Both the position numbers and the translations under genes were made by a program. From Planctomycetes bacterium UBA1146 (GTDB taxonomy: Bacteria; Planctomycetota; UBA8108; UBA1146), in NCBI GenBank assembly GCA_963854815.1, contig CAWLAN010000001.1, positions 1 to 47,734 of the forward strand: a stretch of 47,734 nt of DNA, in the 5' to 3' direction. How positions within the stretch are numbered: position 1 is the first letter of the stretch; each line of letters begins with the position of its first letter. The notes beneath the pieces are model-generated. The model saw only the letters and a list, made by a program, of their open reading frames with translations. It made no database searches and was not told where the DNA came from. This document shows, one piece after another, positions 35,591 through 45,180 of this stretch.

Positions 35591-35760
35591 CGAACTCCCG
35601 TTTCAGCGAATAGGTGACCGGGTAAATTGCTCCCAAACATGCCAGGATCGGATCTTGCCGGTCGATTCTCCTCCAGGATTCCCCACTGAACCCTGGTCCG
35701 GTAGAATGGTATCACAGGATTCGGAGCACTCTGTTGTTGCCAGATCCTCGACCCCGGCGT

Positions 35761-36016
35761 GAGTCGCCCGGGTCAACAGTGAGAAGCCTGGTGGGACGCC
35801 GCCAGGCGGGACGGTACCCGGCTACGGGTGTCACGCCCGCTTGAGGCCGGGAAACTCCAACCTAAGAGAGGAGGTGGTCCATTGATGATTGTCCGTGGCT
35901 CTACTAGGAGGTGGGTGCGTTAGCCCGCTCCCCTGACGGGGGAGGCGGCACCATCCGCCTTACCCACCTGGTAGATACAGGGCCCGGAGGGAACCCCTCC
36001 GGGCCCTTCTTCAATT
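35761..36016 (+). ncRNA. candidate structured RNA or leader, family unassigned
   Basis: Region without a credible ORF between divergent gluQ and prfB. It holds several nested helices: GCCTGG/CCAGGC, a long imperfect helix CTACTAGGAGGTGGGT...ACCCACCTGGTAG, and CCGCTCCCC/GGGGGAGGCGG. It ends in a perfect 12-bp hairpin GGGCCCGGAGGG-AAC-CCCTCCGGGCCC (35980-36006) followed by TTCTTCAATT. Confidence 0.35.
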
Positions 36017-36113
36017 CCGCACGCTGCCAAGAGTTCACTTGGCTAAAAGGCCTCCCGGCGGCACCATGGTGCCGTCACCATGATGGTCACACCCGAGGGA
36101 ATGGCGGAGAGTC

Positions 36114-37229
36114 GTGAACGCTGAGGTTAAAACTCGATTGCGCTCCATCGAGCAACTTCTCGAACGAATCCGCGATGCGACGCGCCATGACGAGCAAAAG
36201 AAGCGTCTCAACAAACTCGAGAAAGAAATGTCCGCCGTGGGATTCTGGGATGATCGCGAAAAGGCGGAGACCGTCATCGATCAGATGAAGAAGGTCAAGG
36301 AATCGGTGCAGAGCATCGAGAAGCTGGCCAGTCAACTGTCGGATACCCTGGCACTGTACGAACTCGCCGAAGCGGAGAAAGACGCAGAGTCCCTCGCCGA
36401 GGTCGAGACCGATAGCCTTCGTCTGCTCAAACTGGCCGATGGGCTCGAACTGAGGACCTTGCTTTCTGGAAAATACGCTTCGGCCAATGCATATCTCGAG
36501 ATCCAGTCCGGAGCTGGCGGCACCGATGCCTGTGACTGGACCCTGATGGTCCAGCGGATGTATCTACGCTGGGCGGAACAGCAGAAATTCCGCACCAAGA
36601 TCATCGACGAGCAATTCGCTGAGGAAGCCGGGCTGAAATCATCGACGATTCACGTCGTCGGTGACTATGCCTACGGGTATCTCCAGGCTGAATCGGGAGT
36701 TCATCGCATCGTTCGGATCTCGCCTTTTGATGCACAGGCGAGACGCCAGACCGCCTTCGCCTCGGTCCGAGTGATTCCGGAAACCGACGTTTCTGAAACT
36801 GTCGAGATCACTGAGTCCGATCTTCGAATCGATACCTATAGAGCCAGCGGTGCGGGAGGGCAGCACGTCAACACCACCGATTCCGCGGTCAGGATCACTC
36901 ACATCCCCACGGGGATCGTCGTGCAATGCCAGAACGAACGCTCTCAGCACGCCAACCGGGCCCAGGCGATGAGAGTGCTCACTGCTCGCATCCTGGAGGC
37001 ACAGGAGCGCCAACGCAGGGAAGAACTGGATCGACTCCAGGGCACCAAGAGCGATATCGCTTTTGGCAGCCAGATTCGCTCCTATGTCCTGCATCCTTAC
37101 AAGATGATCAAGGATCATAGAACCGAGCATGAAACCAGTAACGTCGACGATGTACTCGATGGAAACCTCCAACCCTTTATCGAGAGCTGGCTGCGCCATC
37201 AAACCCGAGCAGGCCAATCCACCGAGTAA
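36114..37229 (+). CDS. prfB: peptide chain release factor 2 (single uninterrupted ORF, no +1 frameshift site)
   Basis: SPF tripeptide ([13 protein letters not shown]) and GGQ motif ([20 protein letters not shown]). GTG start after GGAGAG. Confidence 0.93.
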   Translation: MNAEVKTRLRSIEQLLERIRDATRHDEQKKRLNKLEKEMSAVGFWDDREKAETVIDQMKKVKESVQSIEKLASQLSDTLALYELAEAEKDAESLAEVETDSLRLLKLADGLELRTLLSGKYASANAYLEIQSGAGGTDACDWTLMVQRMYLRWAEQQKFRTKIIDEQFAEEAGLKSSTIHVVGDYAYGYLQAESGVHRIVRISPFDAQARRQTAFASVRVIPETDVSETVEITESDLRIDTYRASGAGGQHVNTTDSAVRITHIPTGIVVQCQNERSQHANRAQAMRVLTARILEAQERQRREELDRLQGTKSDIAFGSQIRSYVLHPYKMIKDHRTEHETSNVDDVLDGNLQPFIESWLRHQTRAGQSTE

Positions 37230-37242
37230 GGAAAGACAAGCG

Positions 37243-38478
37243 ATGGAGCCTTTGACGAAAACCGACCCTGAAATCGCCGCGATCATACTTCGCGAAGAGC
37301 AACGCCAGAGCGGAGAGATCAACCTCATCGCCAGCGAAAACATCGTCAGCGATGCGGTTCTCCTGGCCCAGGGTTCGGTTTTGACCAACAAGTACGCCGA
37401 GGGATATCCGGGTCGACGGTACTACGGTGGTTGCGAAGTCGTCGACGAGGCGGAGGAATTGGCGCGATCACGGGCGTTGGAACTGTTTGGGGCCGAGCAT
37501 GCAAATGTGCAGTCCCACTCGGGAACCCAGGCGAATATCGCTGCTTATGGCGCCCTGCTGGCGCCAGGGGACAAGGTTCTCGCCATGGATCTGGCTCACG
37601 GTGGCCATCTTTCTCACGGAGCGCGCGTCAGCCTGACAGGAAAGATCTACCAGTTCGAGCACTACCCGGTCAACGCCGACAGCGAGATGATCGATCTTGA
37701 CCTCGTCGAACAACTAGCCAGGGAATTCCAACCGAAACTGATCGTCGCCGGTGCCAGCGCCTATCCACGAATCATCGATTTTGCAGGATTTCGTCGCATC
37801 GCCGATGAAGTCGGGGCCAGGTTGATGGTCGACATGGCCCACATCGCCGGTCTCGTTGCAACAGGAGTGCACCCGAGTCCCATCCCGCATGCTGACGTGG
37901 TGACCACCACCACTCACAAGACCCTCAGAGGGCCCAGAAGCGGACTGATCCTCTGTCGCAAGAAGTTGGCGAAGAAGATCGATTCGGCGGTGTTCCCCGG
38001 AGGCCAGGGTGGACCACTGATGCACCTGGTGGCGGCACGGGCGGTTTGCTTCCAGGAAGCCAAGACCGAGGCCTTCCGTCAATACACAAAGAAGATCGTC
38101 GAGAACTCAATTCATCTCGGCGAGATTCTCTCCGACGGGGGCCTGCGTCTGGTCTCCGGAGGAACCGACAATCACATGATACTCGCCGACCTGCGATCGA
38201 TGGATCTGACCGGAGATATCGCCGAGGCAGTACTCGGCAAGGCAGGAATCGTGGTGAACATGAACATGATTCCCTACGATCCCGCGCCACCGAGACGCCC
38301 GAGCGGGATGAGGATCGGTACCCCGACCATCACCAGTCGCGGCATGGGAAGCGATGAAATCAGCCTGATCGGAAACTGGATCCTCGAGATCCTCAAAGAT
38401 CCCGCAGACGAGAATCGCATCGAGAGCATACGTGCCGATGTACGGGAACTGTGCCAGGGATTTCCGACCCGGATCTGA
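37243..38478 (+). CDS. glyA: serine hydroxymethyltransferase
   Basis: [38 protein letters not shown]...[17 protein letters not shown] 37243 gives the canonical N-terminus. Confidence 0.95.
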   Translation: MEPLTKTDPEIAAIILREEQRQSGEINLIASENIVSDAVLLAQGSVLTNKYAEGYPGRRYYGGCEVVDEAEELARSRALELFGAEHANVQSHSGTQANIAAYGALLAPGDKVLAMDLAHGGHLSHGARVSLTGKIYQFEHYPVNADSEMIDLDLVEQLAREFQPKLIVAGASAYPRIIDFAGFRRIADEVGARLMVDMAHIAGLVATGVHPSPIPHADVVTTTTHKTLRGPRSGLILCRKKLAKKIDSAVFPGGQGGPLMHLVAARAVCFQEAKTEAFRQYTKKIVENSIHLGEILSDGGLRLVSGGTDNHMILADLRSMDLTGDIAEAVLGKAGIVVNMNMIPYDPAPPRRPSGMRIGTPTITSRGMGSDEISLIGNWILEILKDPADENRIESIRADVRELCQGFPTRI

Positions 38479-38509
38479 CCGATATTGGCTGGTCTTCTTC
38501 CGGAGGATC

Positions 38510-39511
38510 TCAATCCCGCGTCAGATGAGTCGACCTCACACCCACTGCTGAGCGAACCGCATCCATCGTCTCCTCGATGACGGGTCGTACGCGGCGCGCC
38601 CCCTCGTGAAGAATCTCTTCTACCTGCTCGGGATCCGCCTCTAGCTTGGCACGACGAGTCCTGGCATCGGCAAAATACTCCAGCAACGAATCGAATAACT
38701 GCTGCTTCGCATGGCCGTACCCGTAACCGATACCAGTAGCGCGCATCTTGTTGTCCATCTCTGCTACCTGCTCCTCGGTGGCAACGAGTTTGTACAGGTC
38801 GCAGATGGTATTACCCTCCGGATTCTTGGATTCTTCCACTCCTCGAGAATCAGTCACGATGGACATGACCTGTTTCTTTAACTTTTTTTCGCTGTCGAAG
38901 ATGCAAAGATCATTTCCGTAGGACTTGCTCATCTTCTGCCCATCGATCCCGGGAACCCTGGCAGCCTGCCCTTCGAAGATGAGCGGTTCGGGAATCGGAA
39001 ACACCTTTGCGAATGTCTGATTGAACTTGCCAGCGATATCTCTGGTCACCTCGACATGCTGCTTCTGGTCCTGGCCAACCGGCACACGATGGGATCGCAC
39101 GATGAGAATGTCAGCAGCCATCAGCACCGGATAGGCGAACAATCCGTGATCTGCAGAAAGGCCTTGCGCCACCTTGTCCTTGTAGGCGTGACAACGTTCG
39201 AGAAGTCCCATGGGAGTTACAGTCGACAGGATCCAGGAAAGTTCGCAAACCTCGGGGACATCTTCTTGTCGATAGAGCACCGCTTTTTCTGGATCGAGCC
39301 CCAGGGCCAGATAATCCATGGCGATCCTCGATATATTCGAAGACAGTTCTTCCGATTTCCTGACCGATGTGAGGGCATGGTAAGAAGCGATGAAATAATG
39401 CGCCCCACCCTGATCCTGGAGGTCGATCCATTGTCGAATCGCCCCGAAGTAATTTCCCAGGTGAATCCCGGAGTTACTCGGAGTGAGTCCAGAGAGTGTG
39501 ATCAGGCCCAT
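38510..39511 (-). CDS. trpS: tryptophan--tRNA ligase
   Basis: GLTPSNSGIHLGNYFGAI (HIGH-type motif) and KMSKSYGN (KMSKS motif). ATG 39511 gives a normal length of about 333 aa. Confidence 0.92.
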   Translation of the reverse strand: MGLITLSGLTPSNSGIHLGNYFGAIRQWIDLQDQGGAHYFIASYHALTSVRKSEELSSNISRIAMDYLALGLDPEKAVLYRQEDVPEVCELSWILSTVTPMGLLERCHAYKDKVAQGLSADHGLFAYPVLMAADILIVRSHRVPVGQDQKQHVEVTRDIAGKFNQTFAKVFPIPEPLIFEGQAARVPGIDGQKMSKSYGNDLCIFDSEKKLKKQVMSIVTDSRGVEESKNPEGNTICDLYKLVATEEQVAEMDNKMRATGIGYGYGHAKQQLFDSLLEYFADARTRRAKLEADPEQVEEILHEGARRVRPVIEETMDAVRSAVGVRSTHLTRD

Positions 39512-39738
39512 GACTTGCTCCTGCCGACAGTGCGGCACCAGTGGCGGCAACGGTGAGGACAGGGTAACGAAACCCACCACCATCTCCAGACGGACTGCGA
39601 AACTTGTGATCCGGGTCTCGTTTGTTCAGAATCTAGACAGCAGGCCCTTTTGCTGTGATCCTGCTTCGCAGAGGATGCGACGGTTTCGATCCCAGCGTAG
39701 TGTTTTCAGCATTCTGACCACCAGATCCGGGAGGATCC

Positions 39739-40566
39739 TTGGCAAAGAAGAACAAGAAGAAGCGGGGTCGAATCAGCCGGGCATTCCTGTCCGGACTCGG
39801 AACTCTTCTTCCGACAATTCTCACGATCCTCATCCTGGTGATCGCCTACAACTTCATCAACGAGAAAATCGCTACCCCCCTGACCACCATGATGCGCACG
39901 GGACTCTCATCCGAACTGATGAAGGAAAAGTTCTGGCAAGGGATGGTCGGGCTTCCAGCTTGGCAACTGGATGAAGTCGTCGACGATACCAACTTTCCCG
40001 AACGAACCGACGATACCCTTTTCTCTGAACGCGTGGCTACTCTGACACCTGCATGGCTCGGGTTCGTCATGGCCATCTTCTTGGTTCTCGCCGTTGGAAT
40101 CATCTTCAGGGGGGTCCTCGGACGACAACTGCTGAAGATCATCGAGGCGATGATTCAACAGATCCCTCTCATCAAGGTGATCTATCCCTATGCAAAACAG
40201 GTGACGCAGTTCTTCTTCGAGGAGAAGAACAAGATCGAATACGAGACCGCCGTCGCGGTCGAATATCCGCGCAAGGGGCTGTGGTCACTCGGGTTCGTCA
40301 CCAGCTCGGGCTTCCGCGACATCGTAAAGGTCGCCGGACAGGACGTGGTGGCGATATTCATCCCTTCGAGCCCCACTCCCATCACCGGATACACCATTTT
40401 GGTGCCACGAGTCGATATTATTCCGCTCGACCTGAGCGTCGAAGAGGTACTGCGGTTTACCATCTCTGGCGGTGTCATCTTGCCACCGAACCAAGTCCCA
40501 TTGGACTCGGTACCGGACTCCGAAAAAACGTCCGGGGCTGATTCCGCAGCAGATGTGGAAGAATGA
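39739..40566 (+). CDS. DUF502 family membrane protein
   Basis: TTG start after GGGAGGA. Two N-terminal TM segments plus the blocks PLIKVIYPYAKQV, GLWSLGFVT and PSSPTPITGYTILVPR typical of DUF502. Confidence 0.75.
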   Translation: MAKKNKKKRGRISRAFLSGLGTLLPTILTILILVIAYNFINEKIATPLTTMMRTGLSSELMKEKFWQGMVGLPAWQLDEVVDDTNFPERTDDTLFSERVATLTPAWLGFVMAIFLVLAVGIIFRGVLGRQLLKIIEAMIQQIPLIKVIYPYAKQVTQFFFEEKNKIEYETAVAVEYPRKGLWSLGFVTSSGFRDIVKVAGQDVVAIFIPSSPTPITGYTILVPRVDIIPLDLSVEEVLRFTISGGVILPPNQVPLDSVPDSEKTSGADSAADVEE

Positions 40567-40581
40567 GATTGATCGGAGGGC

Positions 40582-40609
40582 TTGACGACGAGTCCCCTCC
40601 GACTAGCAT
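40582..40609 (+). promoter_or_regulatory. sigma70-like promoter candidate for tRNA-Pro
   Basis: TTGACG (40582-40587), a 16-nt spacer, then TAGCAT (40604-40609), 30 nt upstream of the tRNA 5' end. A similar cTTGACG box lies upstream of the initiator tRNA (21315-21320, minus strand). Confidence 0.3.
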
Positions 40610-40639
40610 CGGATCGATAGCAAAATGGATGACTCAGGT

Positions 40640-40716
40640 CGGGCCGTAGCGCAGTCTGGTAGCGCGCCACGCTGGGGGTGTGGATGTCGGTGGTTCGAAT
40701 CCACTCGGTCCGACCA
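40640..40716 (+). tRNA. tRNA-Pro (GGG)
   Basis: CGGGCCG-TA-GCGC-AGTCTGGTA-GCGC-G-CCACG-CTGGGGG-TGTGG-ATGTC-GGTGG-TTCGAAT-CCACT-CGGTCCG-A-CCA. GGG anticodon, G37, encoded CCA. Confidence 0.9.
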
Positions 40717-40746
40717 TTTTTTCTCCTTCCTGCGTTTCCCTGCGAT

Positions 40747-41598
40747 ATGAGTGACTTGATGATCCAGGATCCCGTCTCACCACCTGAATCCACCATGCCT
40801 GGGCCGACCATCGATGCACCGCAGGTACAGCGGTGCGGATCCCGTACCACCTGGTGGCTCTCTTCACGAACTGCTGAGGTCGAATCGAGCGGATTCATCC
40901 AGGGAGAGGCCAATCTGCCTCTCGAGGGATATCGGTCCGGCCGGACAGATCATCCAGTTTTTCGTCATGCAAGCGGGTCACTGTTGATGTGGAAGAGTTG
41001 CCTTCGTGGAGGATGGCTCGCTCACCTCGTGCGAGACAGGCACTGGCGACCGAAGCGTTTCGTACAGGAGATGGAGATGTGCAACTGCATCAATCAGCAG
41101 GGCATCCCCACCTCACAGATCATCGCCGTTGCTGCCACGTCTGCAGGAATCGGTTTCAAGGTCGAGATGTTGATCTGTCTCGAACGCGAGGTCGATACAC
41201 TACTCGACTTGCTAGCAGATCGATCACTGTCAGCAAGCGAACGCCAGAAGTTTCTGGAGACCACCGCCAGCACGATACATCACTTCCATGAGCAAGGTTG
41301 GCTGCATGGAGATCTCAATCTGATGAACATCCTGATACAGAAAGAAGACAACGGGACCTACCGGACGATCCTCGTCGATCTCGATCCTGGCGGCCTGGGT
41401 CCGGTTGCAGATCGACTCGCCAACCTGACCAGGTTGGTCCGTTCATACCGGAAATCCCGGTGCAACCAGATTCCGGCTCTACAACCAGGCGAGGGCTTTC
41501 GTTTCATGTACGGAGTAACCGGCGGAAAGCGTCAGTTGTTGAAACGACTGCTAAAAAAAGCACGGCAACTGCTGGATCCCGAGGAGTGGAAACGATGA
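40747..41598 (+). CDS. lipopolysaccharide kinase (Kdo/WaaP/InaA) family protein
   Basis: The catalytic-loop-like HGDLNLMNILI and the LVDLD motif. ATG 40747 is the first start after the tRNA. Confidence 0.7.
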   Translation: MSDLMIQDPVSPPESTMPGPTIDAPQVQRCGSRTTWWLSSRTAEVESSGFIQGEANLPLEGYRSGRTDHPVFRHASGSLLMWKSCLRGGWLAHLVRDRHWRPKRFVQEMEMCNCINQQGIPTSQIIAVAATSAGIGFKVEMLICLEREVDTLLDLLADRSLSASERQKFLETTASTIHHFHEQGWLHGDLNLMNILIQKEDNGTYRTILVDLDPGGLGPVADRLANLTRLVRSYRKSRCNQIPALQPGEGFRFMYGVTGGKRQLLKRLLKKARQLLDPEEWKR

Positions 41599-42401
41599 AA
41601 ATTCGCCTCGGTGCCATCGACTTCCTGAATGCCTTGCCACTGTGCGACAAACTGTCGCGAGAGGATGACCGCTGGGACATCGTCGAAGCTCTACCCAGCG
41701 AACTGGCAAACCACCTCAAGAGCGGGGAGATCGATGTCGGGCTCGTACCTCAGGTCGAAGCTTGCCGCGATCCTCGCTACCGCATCGTCCCCGGACATTG
41801 CATCTCCTGTGATGGCGAGGTGGGCTCGATCCTGCTGTTTTGCCGCAAGGCTTGGAGGGATCTGGAGGTCGTTGCGGTGGATCAGGCCAGCAGTTCGTCC
41901 GTTGAACTTCTTCAAGTTCTGCGCCATCTCGATGGACTCCCGCCGCTGGAATTGATGGAGACCCGTTCCGACCTGTCATCGTTTGAAAGTCCGAACCCTC
42001 CCGAGGCGATCCTGCTCATCGGAGATGCAGCTCTGGGACATCTCTCGAGCCCCATCGAGCGAATCGATCTGGGTCAGGCGTGGAAGGAACGAACCGGCCT
42101 CCCTTTCGTCTTCGCAGTGTGGCTAGCGCGAGAAGGACTACCAACATGGGTCGTTTCGGTCCTTGGTGAAGCCGCACAGCTGGGGCTCGCCTCGCGAGAC
42201 CAGTTCGCAATTGACTTCAGCAGGTCTCATCCGGAAATTTTCGACAGATCGGCTGCCAGTGACTACCTGCACCGTTGCATTTGCTACCATCTGGGCCAGG
42301 AGCAGCAGGAAGCACTGGTCTATTTCCACCGTCTCCGTACAGAGATTGACCCTCGACTCGATCGAGAATGGTATCCCCGGTACCTGGAGGTAGATCGATG
42401 A
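41595..42401 (+). CDS. mqnA: chorismate dehydratase (futalosine-pathway menaquinone biosynthesis, MqnA family)
   Basis: MKIRLGAIDFLNALPL...LPSELANHLKSGEIDVGLVPQVE...YRIVPGHCISCDGEVGSILLFCRK...VAVDQASSSSVELLQVL matches the MqnA layout. ATGA overlap with the upstream kinase gene. Confidence 0.75.
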   Translation: MKIRLGAIDFLNALPLCDKLSREDDRWDIVEALPSELANHLKSGEIDVGLVPQVEACRDPRYRIVPGHCISCDGEVGSILLFCRKAWRDLEVVAVDQASSSSVELLQVLRHLDGLPPLELMETRSDLSSFESPNPPEAILLIGDAALGHLSSPIERIDLGQAWKERTGLPFVFAVWLAREGLPTWVVSVLGEAAQLGLASRDQFAIDFSRSHPEIFDRSAASDYLHRCICYHLGQEQQEALVYFHRLRTEIDPRLDREWYPRYLEVDR

Positions 42402-43246
42402 TGACTGACTTGACTGCGACCGTCATCACCTTCAACGAAGAGGAGAACATCCAGGACTGCCTACAATCCCTTCAGTGGGTACCTCATATCGTGGTGGTCG
42501 ATTCTGGATCCACAGATCGCACCGTAGAAATCGCCAAAGAATTTACTGAACACGTGTACGTCACCGATTGGCCCGGCCATATCCAGCAGAAGAACCGAGC
42601 CATCGATTTCGCCCCCACCGACTGGATCCTTTCCCTCGATGCCGATGAACGTGTGACTCCCGAGTTGCGCAAAGAACTACAAGAAGTGCTCTCGTCGGAA
42701 CCCAGATTCGCTGGGTTTTCGATGCCAAGACTCACCTGGCACCTGGGCCGCTGGATCCGTCACGGCGGCTGGTATCCCGACCGCAAGATCCGGCTCTTTG
42801 ATCGACGCAAGGCACGCTGGGCTGGGGTCAACCCTCACGACCACATCGAACTGGACGGCAAAGCCAGCGCACTGGCGGGGGAAATCCTGCACTACTCCTA
42901 CAGAGACCTTCAGCAACACATAGATAGAATCGATTTCTTCACCTCGATCGCAGCTCGCGAAAACGACGTTCGAGGTAAGAGAGGTCACGTCTTCGGAATG
43001 TTCTTCAGGGCACCCTGGAAGTTCATCCGGATGTACTTGTTCAAGAAAGGCTGGAAGGACGGCTTCGCAGGTTTCATTCTTGCATCAATCGCAGCATTCT
43101 CCGTATTCCTCAAATATGCCTGCCTGTGGGAAAGACGATCTCTCCGTGGACGAGGCATCGATCCCGATTCGATGCCCCGCCATCACCGAGGTCCTGAGTG
43201 GCGAGCGCCCAGACGCCCTCCTGAAGTAACGGAAGCAAACTCGTGA
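42398..43246 (+). CDS. family 2 glycosyltransferase (LPS-core type)
   Basis: TVITFNEEENIQDCLQSLQWVPHIVVVDSGSTDRT...SLDADER. ATGA overlap with mqnA. Confidence 0.85.
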   Translation: MMTDLTATVITFNEEENIQDCLQSLQWVPHIVVVDSGSTDRTVEIAKEFTEHVYVTDWPGHIQQKNRAIDFAPTDWILSLDADERVTPELRKELQEVLSSEPRFAGFSMPRLTWHLGRWIRHGGWYPDRKIRLFDRRKARWAGVNPHDHIELDGKASALAGEILHYSYRDLQQHIDRIDFFTSIAARENDVRGKRGHVFGMFFRAPWKFIRMYLFKKGWKDGFAGFILASIAAFSVFLKYACLWERRSLRGRGIDPDSMPRHHRGPEWRAPRRPPEVTEANS

Positions 43247-44367
43247 AGATCTTCCATCTCTTCGCCAATCACAAGTTCACCGGACCTTCAGATCCGGCGA
43301 TGGTACTCGCAACGGCTCAGGCTGCAGTCGGTGCCGAGATTCGCTTCATCTCCAGCACCCATCCACAAGCCGAAAACGTTCTCGATCAATCCGCCAGGGC
43401 GAGGGGACTTCGTACTTTCCACGGTTTGCGGATGCCCAAGCATTTTCATCTTTCGAGTTTGCGTTCCGATGTGCGGAAGTTACGAAAACTGATCGCGCAA
43501 GAGAAACCCGATTTCATTCACTCTCATCTCGACGGTGACCATCTCGTGTGTGCTCTCGCGCGTACTCAGGATGGCCCGCTCTTGATCCGGAGCACCTACG
43601 ATCTCGATCCCCCGCGGGGCCTGCGTGCCGCCTGGATCGCACGGCACACGGACCTCTGGATCGCACCCACCCAACAAGCCGCAGAAAGACTCGCGTCATC
43701 AAAAAAACGATCCCGTGAAAAAATTCGGATCATCCCCCCGCTACTCGATCTCGAGCGTTTCAAATCAACTTCACATGCGGAACCCTCGAAGCCCTCTGCT
43801 TCCACGATGAAGGACAAGATCGTCATTGGTGTGGTCGCCCGGATGCAGAAGCACCGGAGATTTCCTGAATTGATCGATTCATTCGCCGCAGCCGCACGTA
43901 TTGATCCCAGATTGCATCTCGAGATCCTCGGTCGAGGATCCCGCCAGGTCCAACTCGCACAAAACCCGGCCAGAGACTCTGGTTTCGGTGATCGCATTCA
44001 TTTTCCGGGCTATATCGAACCGAGTTCATATCCGCTGCACCTCGCTGGCTTCGACATGGTCGTTTTTCTGGTTCCCGGCTCTGATGGAACCTGTCGAGCG
44101 GCGCGAGAAGCGATGGCCTGTGGGGTTCCGGTAATTGCCAGTAGGCGCGGATTGTTGCCAGAACTGATTCCCACCACCGGAGGCTACCTGCTCGAAGATG
44201 AGCGGGACGAAACCCTCACACGGGCGATCCTCACACTCGCTGGAGACGAGAATCTGAGACGGAATCTCGCCGATGGGGCGGAAAAATACAGCCGAGAGGT
44301 ATTCGACGTGAAACTACACGTGAGAACACTACTGGACGATCTGGACCATTCCCTGGCCAGTATCTGA
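43243..44367 (+). CDS. family 4 (GT-B, group 1) glycosyltransferase
   Basis: GTG start overlapping the GT2 stop (GTGA). The C-terminal half has the EGFG/E..E-type region: FLVPGSDGTCRAAREAMACGVPVIASRRG.LPELI. Confidence 0.8.
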   Translation: MKIFHLFANHKFTGPSDPAMVLATAQAAVGAEIRFISSTHPQAENVLDQSARARGLRTFHGLRMPKHFHLSSLRSDVRKLRKLIAQEKPDFIHSHLDGDHLVCALARTQDGPLLIRSTYDLDPPRGLRAAWIARHTDLWIAPTQQAAERLASSKKRSREKIRIIPPLLDLERFKSTSHAEPSKPSASTMKDKIVIGVVARMQKHRRFPELIDSFAAAARIDPRLHLEILGRGSRQVQLAQNPARDSGFGDRIHFPGYIEPSSYPLHLAGFDMVVFLVPGSDGTCRAAREAMACGVPVIASRRGLLPELIPTTGGYLLEDERDETLTRAILTLAGDENLRRNLADGAEKYSREVFDVKLHVRTLLDDLDHSLASI

Positions 44368-44512
44368 CCGATTTCAGGAAAAAAACCCGGTTTGAGTAAA
44401 GTTCGAATCCCCCCCGAGCCGATGTATCCGGTGGGCCCGGATGGACCGTGCCCGAGGCCTGCGGGCCACAAGATAAGGCCCGGAGAGGCCACCATACGGG
44501 AAAGGTCAGGCA

Positions 44513-45103
44513 ATGAACGCCAAGACAAACAAGAATGTTGCTCACCAGGACGTCGTCAGCAACAACTGTTGTATCGCAAATTACCCGACGGCTCGCGTCG
44601 TCACAGGCATCCTCGGGTTCCTCGCCCTGTGCACCATCGCAACCAACTACGCGGTCAACACCGCATTCGACATGAACATATTCCTGTCGGTGGTTGCGAC
44701 TGCGGCTGTCGCCTGTTTCGCTGCCTGCACTTCCAACATGTGGAAGAACGGCTTCCAGATCTTCACCGGCAAGGTCGACAACATCGTCGAGGCTTACTGT
44801 TTCTGGAACACGGCTGCGCGTGGTTTCCTGGTCGCCTGTGCGGTCTTCAGTGCCGGAGCTTTCTTCTCTGCTCCTAGCACCTCCAGCATCGCCGCTTCTT
44901 TCGCGCCAGTGTTCTTCCCCTTCTTCGTAAGCATCTGCGGATACTTCGTCTGCAGAACCTTCTCGAATGCTTGCAGTTACTGTGTGATCAACACCGAGAA
45001 CGTCAATGTGATCAACTGGCAAGAAAATGTCAGCAATGACACGATTGTCACTGCAGACACTAATGCCGTGACTGCTGGTTCCGGTGTGACCGTAAATTCC
45101 TGA
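44513..45103 (+). CDS. hypothetical Cys-rich four-TM membrane protein
   Basis: Four hydrophobic segments (VVTGILGFLALCTIA, IFLSVVATAAVACFAAC, GFLVACAVFSAGAFF and FAPVFFPFFVSICGYFVC) and 12 Cys in 196 aa. A strong terminator follows. Confidence 0.6.
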   Translation: MNAKTNKNVAHQDVVSNNCCIANYPTARVVTGILGFLALCTIATNYAVNTAFDMNIFLSVVATAAVACFAACTSNMWKNGFQIFTGKVDNIVEAYCFWNTAARGFLVACAVFSAGAFFSAPSTSSIAASFAPVFFPFFVSICGYFVCRTFSNACSYCVINTENVNVINWQENVSNDTIVTADTNAVTAGSGVTVNS

Positions 45104-45138
45104 ACAGAATTTCGAACTACGCTATTATCGCAACCAAC

Positions 45139-45180
45139 AGGGGTGAGGTGCCTACCGGGCACCTCACCCCTTGCTCTTTT
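45139..45180 (+). terminator. rho-independent terminator
   Basis: A 13-bp perfect stem GGGGTGAGGTGCC-TACCG-GGCACCTCACCCC followed by TTGCTCTTTTT. Confidence 0.85.

Noticed and set aside
35770-35880. Resemblance of the structured region to a cobalamin riboswitch core (GAAGCC-UGGUG...CCAGGC...GGUACCCGGCUACGG; CACGCC...GCCGGGAAAC) and to short RNase P blocks (CAACAGUGAGAAGCC; GGGAAACUCCAACC)
   Set aside because: I could not find a B12 box (GCCACUG / AGCC.GGAGACCUGCC type) or a P1 closing helix. The RNase P-like blocks are in the wrong order, the region is far too short, and the GAGGAAAGUCCGGGC P4 strand is absent. The downstream gene (prfB) also has no link to B12. I left the family unassigned.
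36114-36260. A search for the classical prfB +1 frameshift site (CTT TGA C with an upstream internal Shine-Dalgarno sequence)
   Set aside because: The reading frame is continuous from GTG 36114 through the region homologous to the frameshift site, with no in-frame TGA.
36639-37391. A 250-aa minus-strand ORF spanning the prfB/glyA junction
   Set aside because: It is antisense to two highly conserved housekeeping genes and has no motifs, so it is a shadow ORF.
44231-45022. A 263-aa minus-strand ORF opposite the GT4 3' end and the Cys-rich membrane protein gene
   Set aside because: Its composition is acidic, Arg/Gly/Ser-rich and low-complexity, and it has no start context. The plus-strand ORF has coherent TM-helix periodicity and is followed by a plus-strand terminator.
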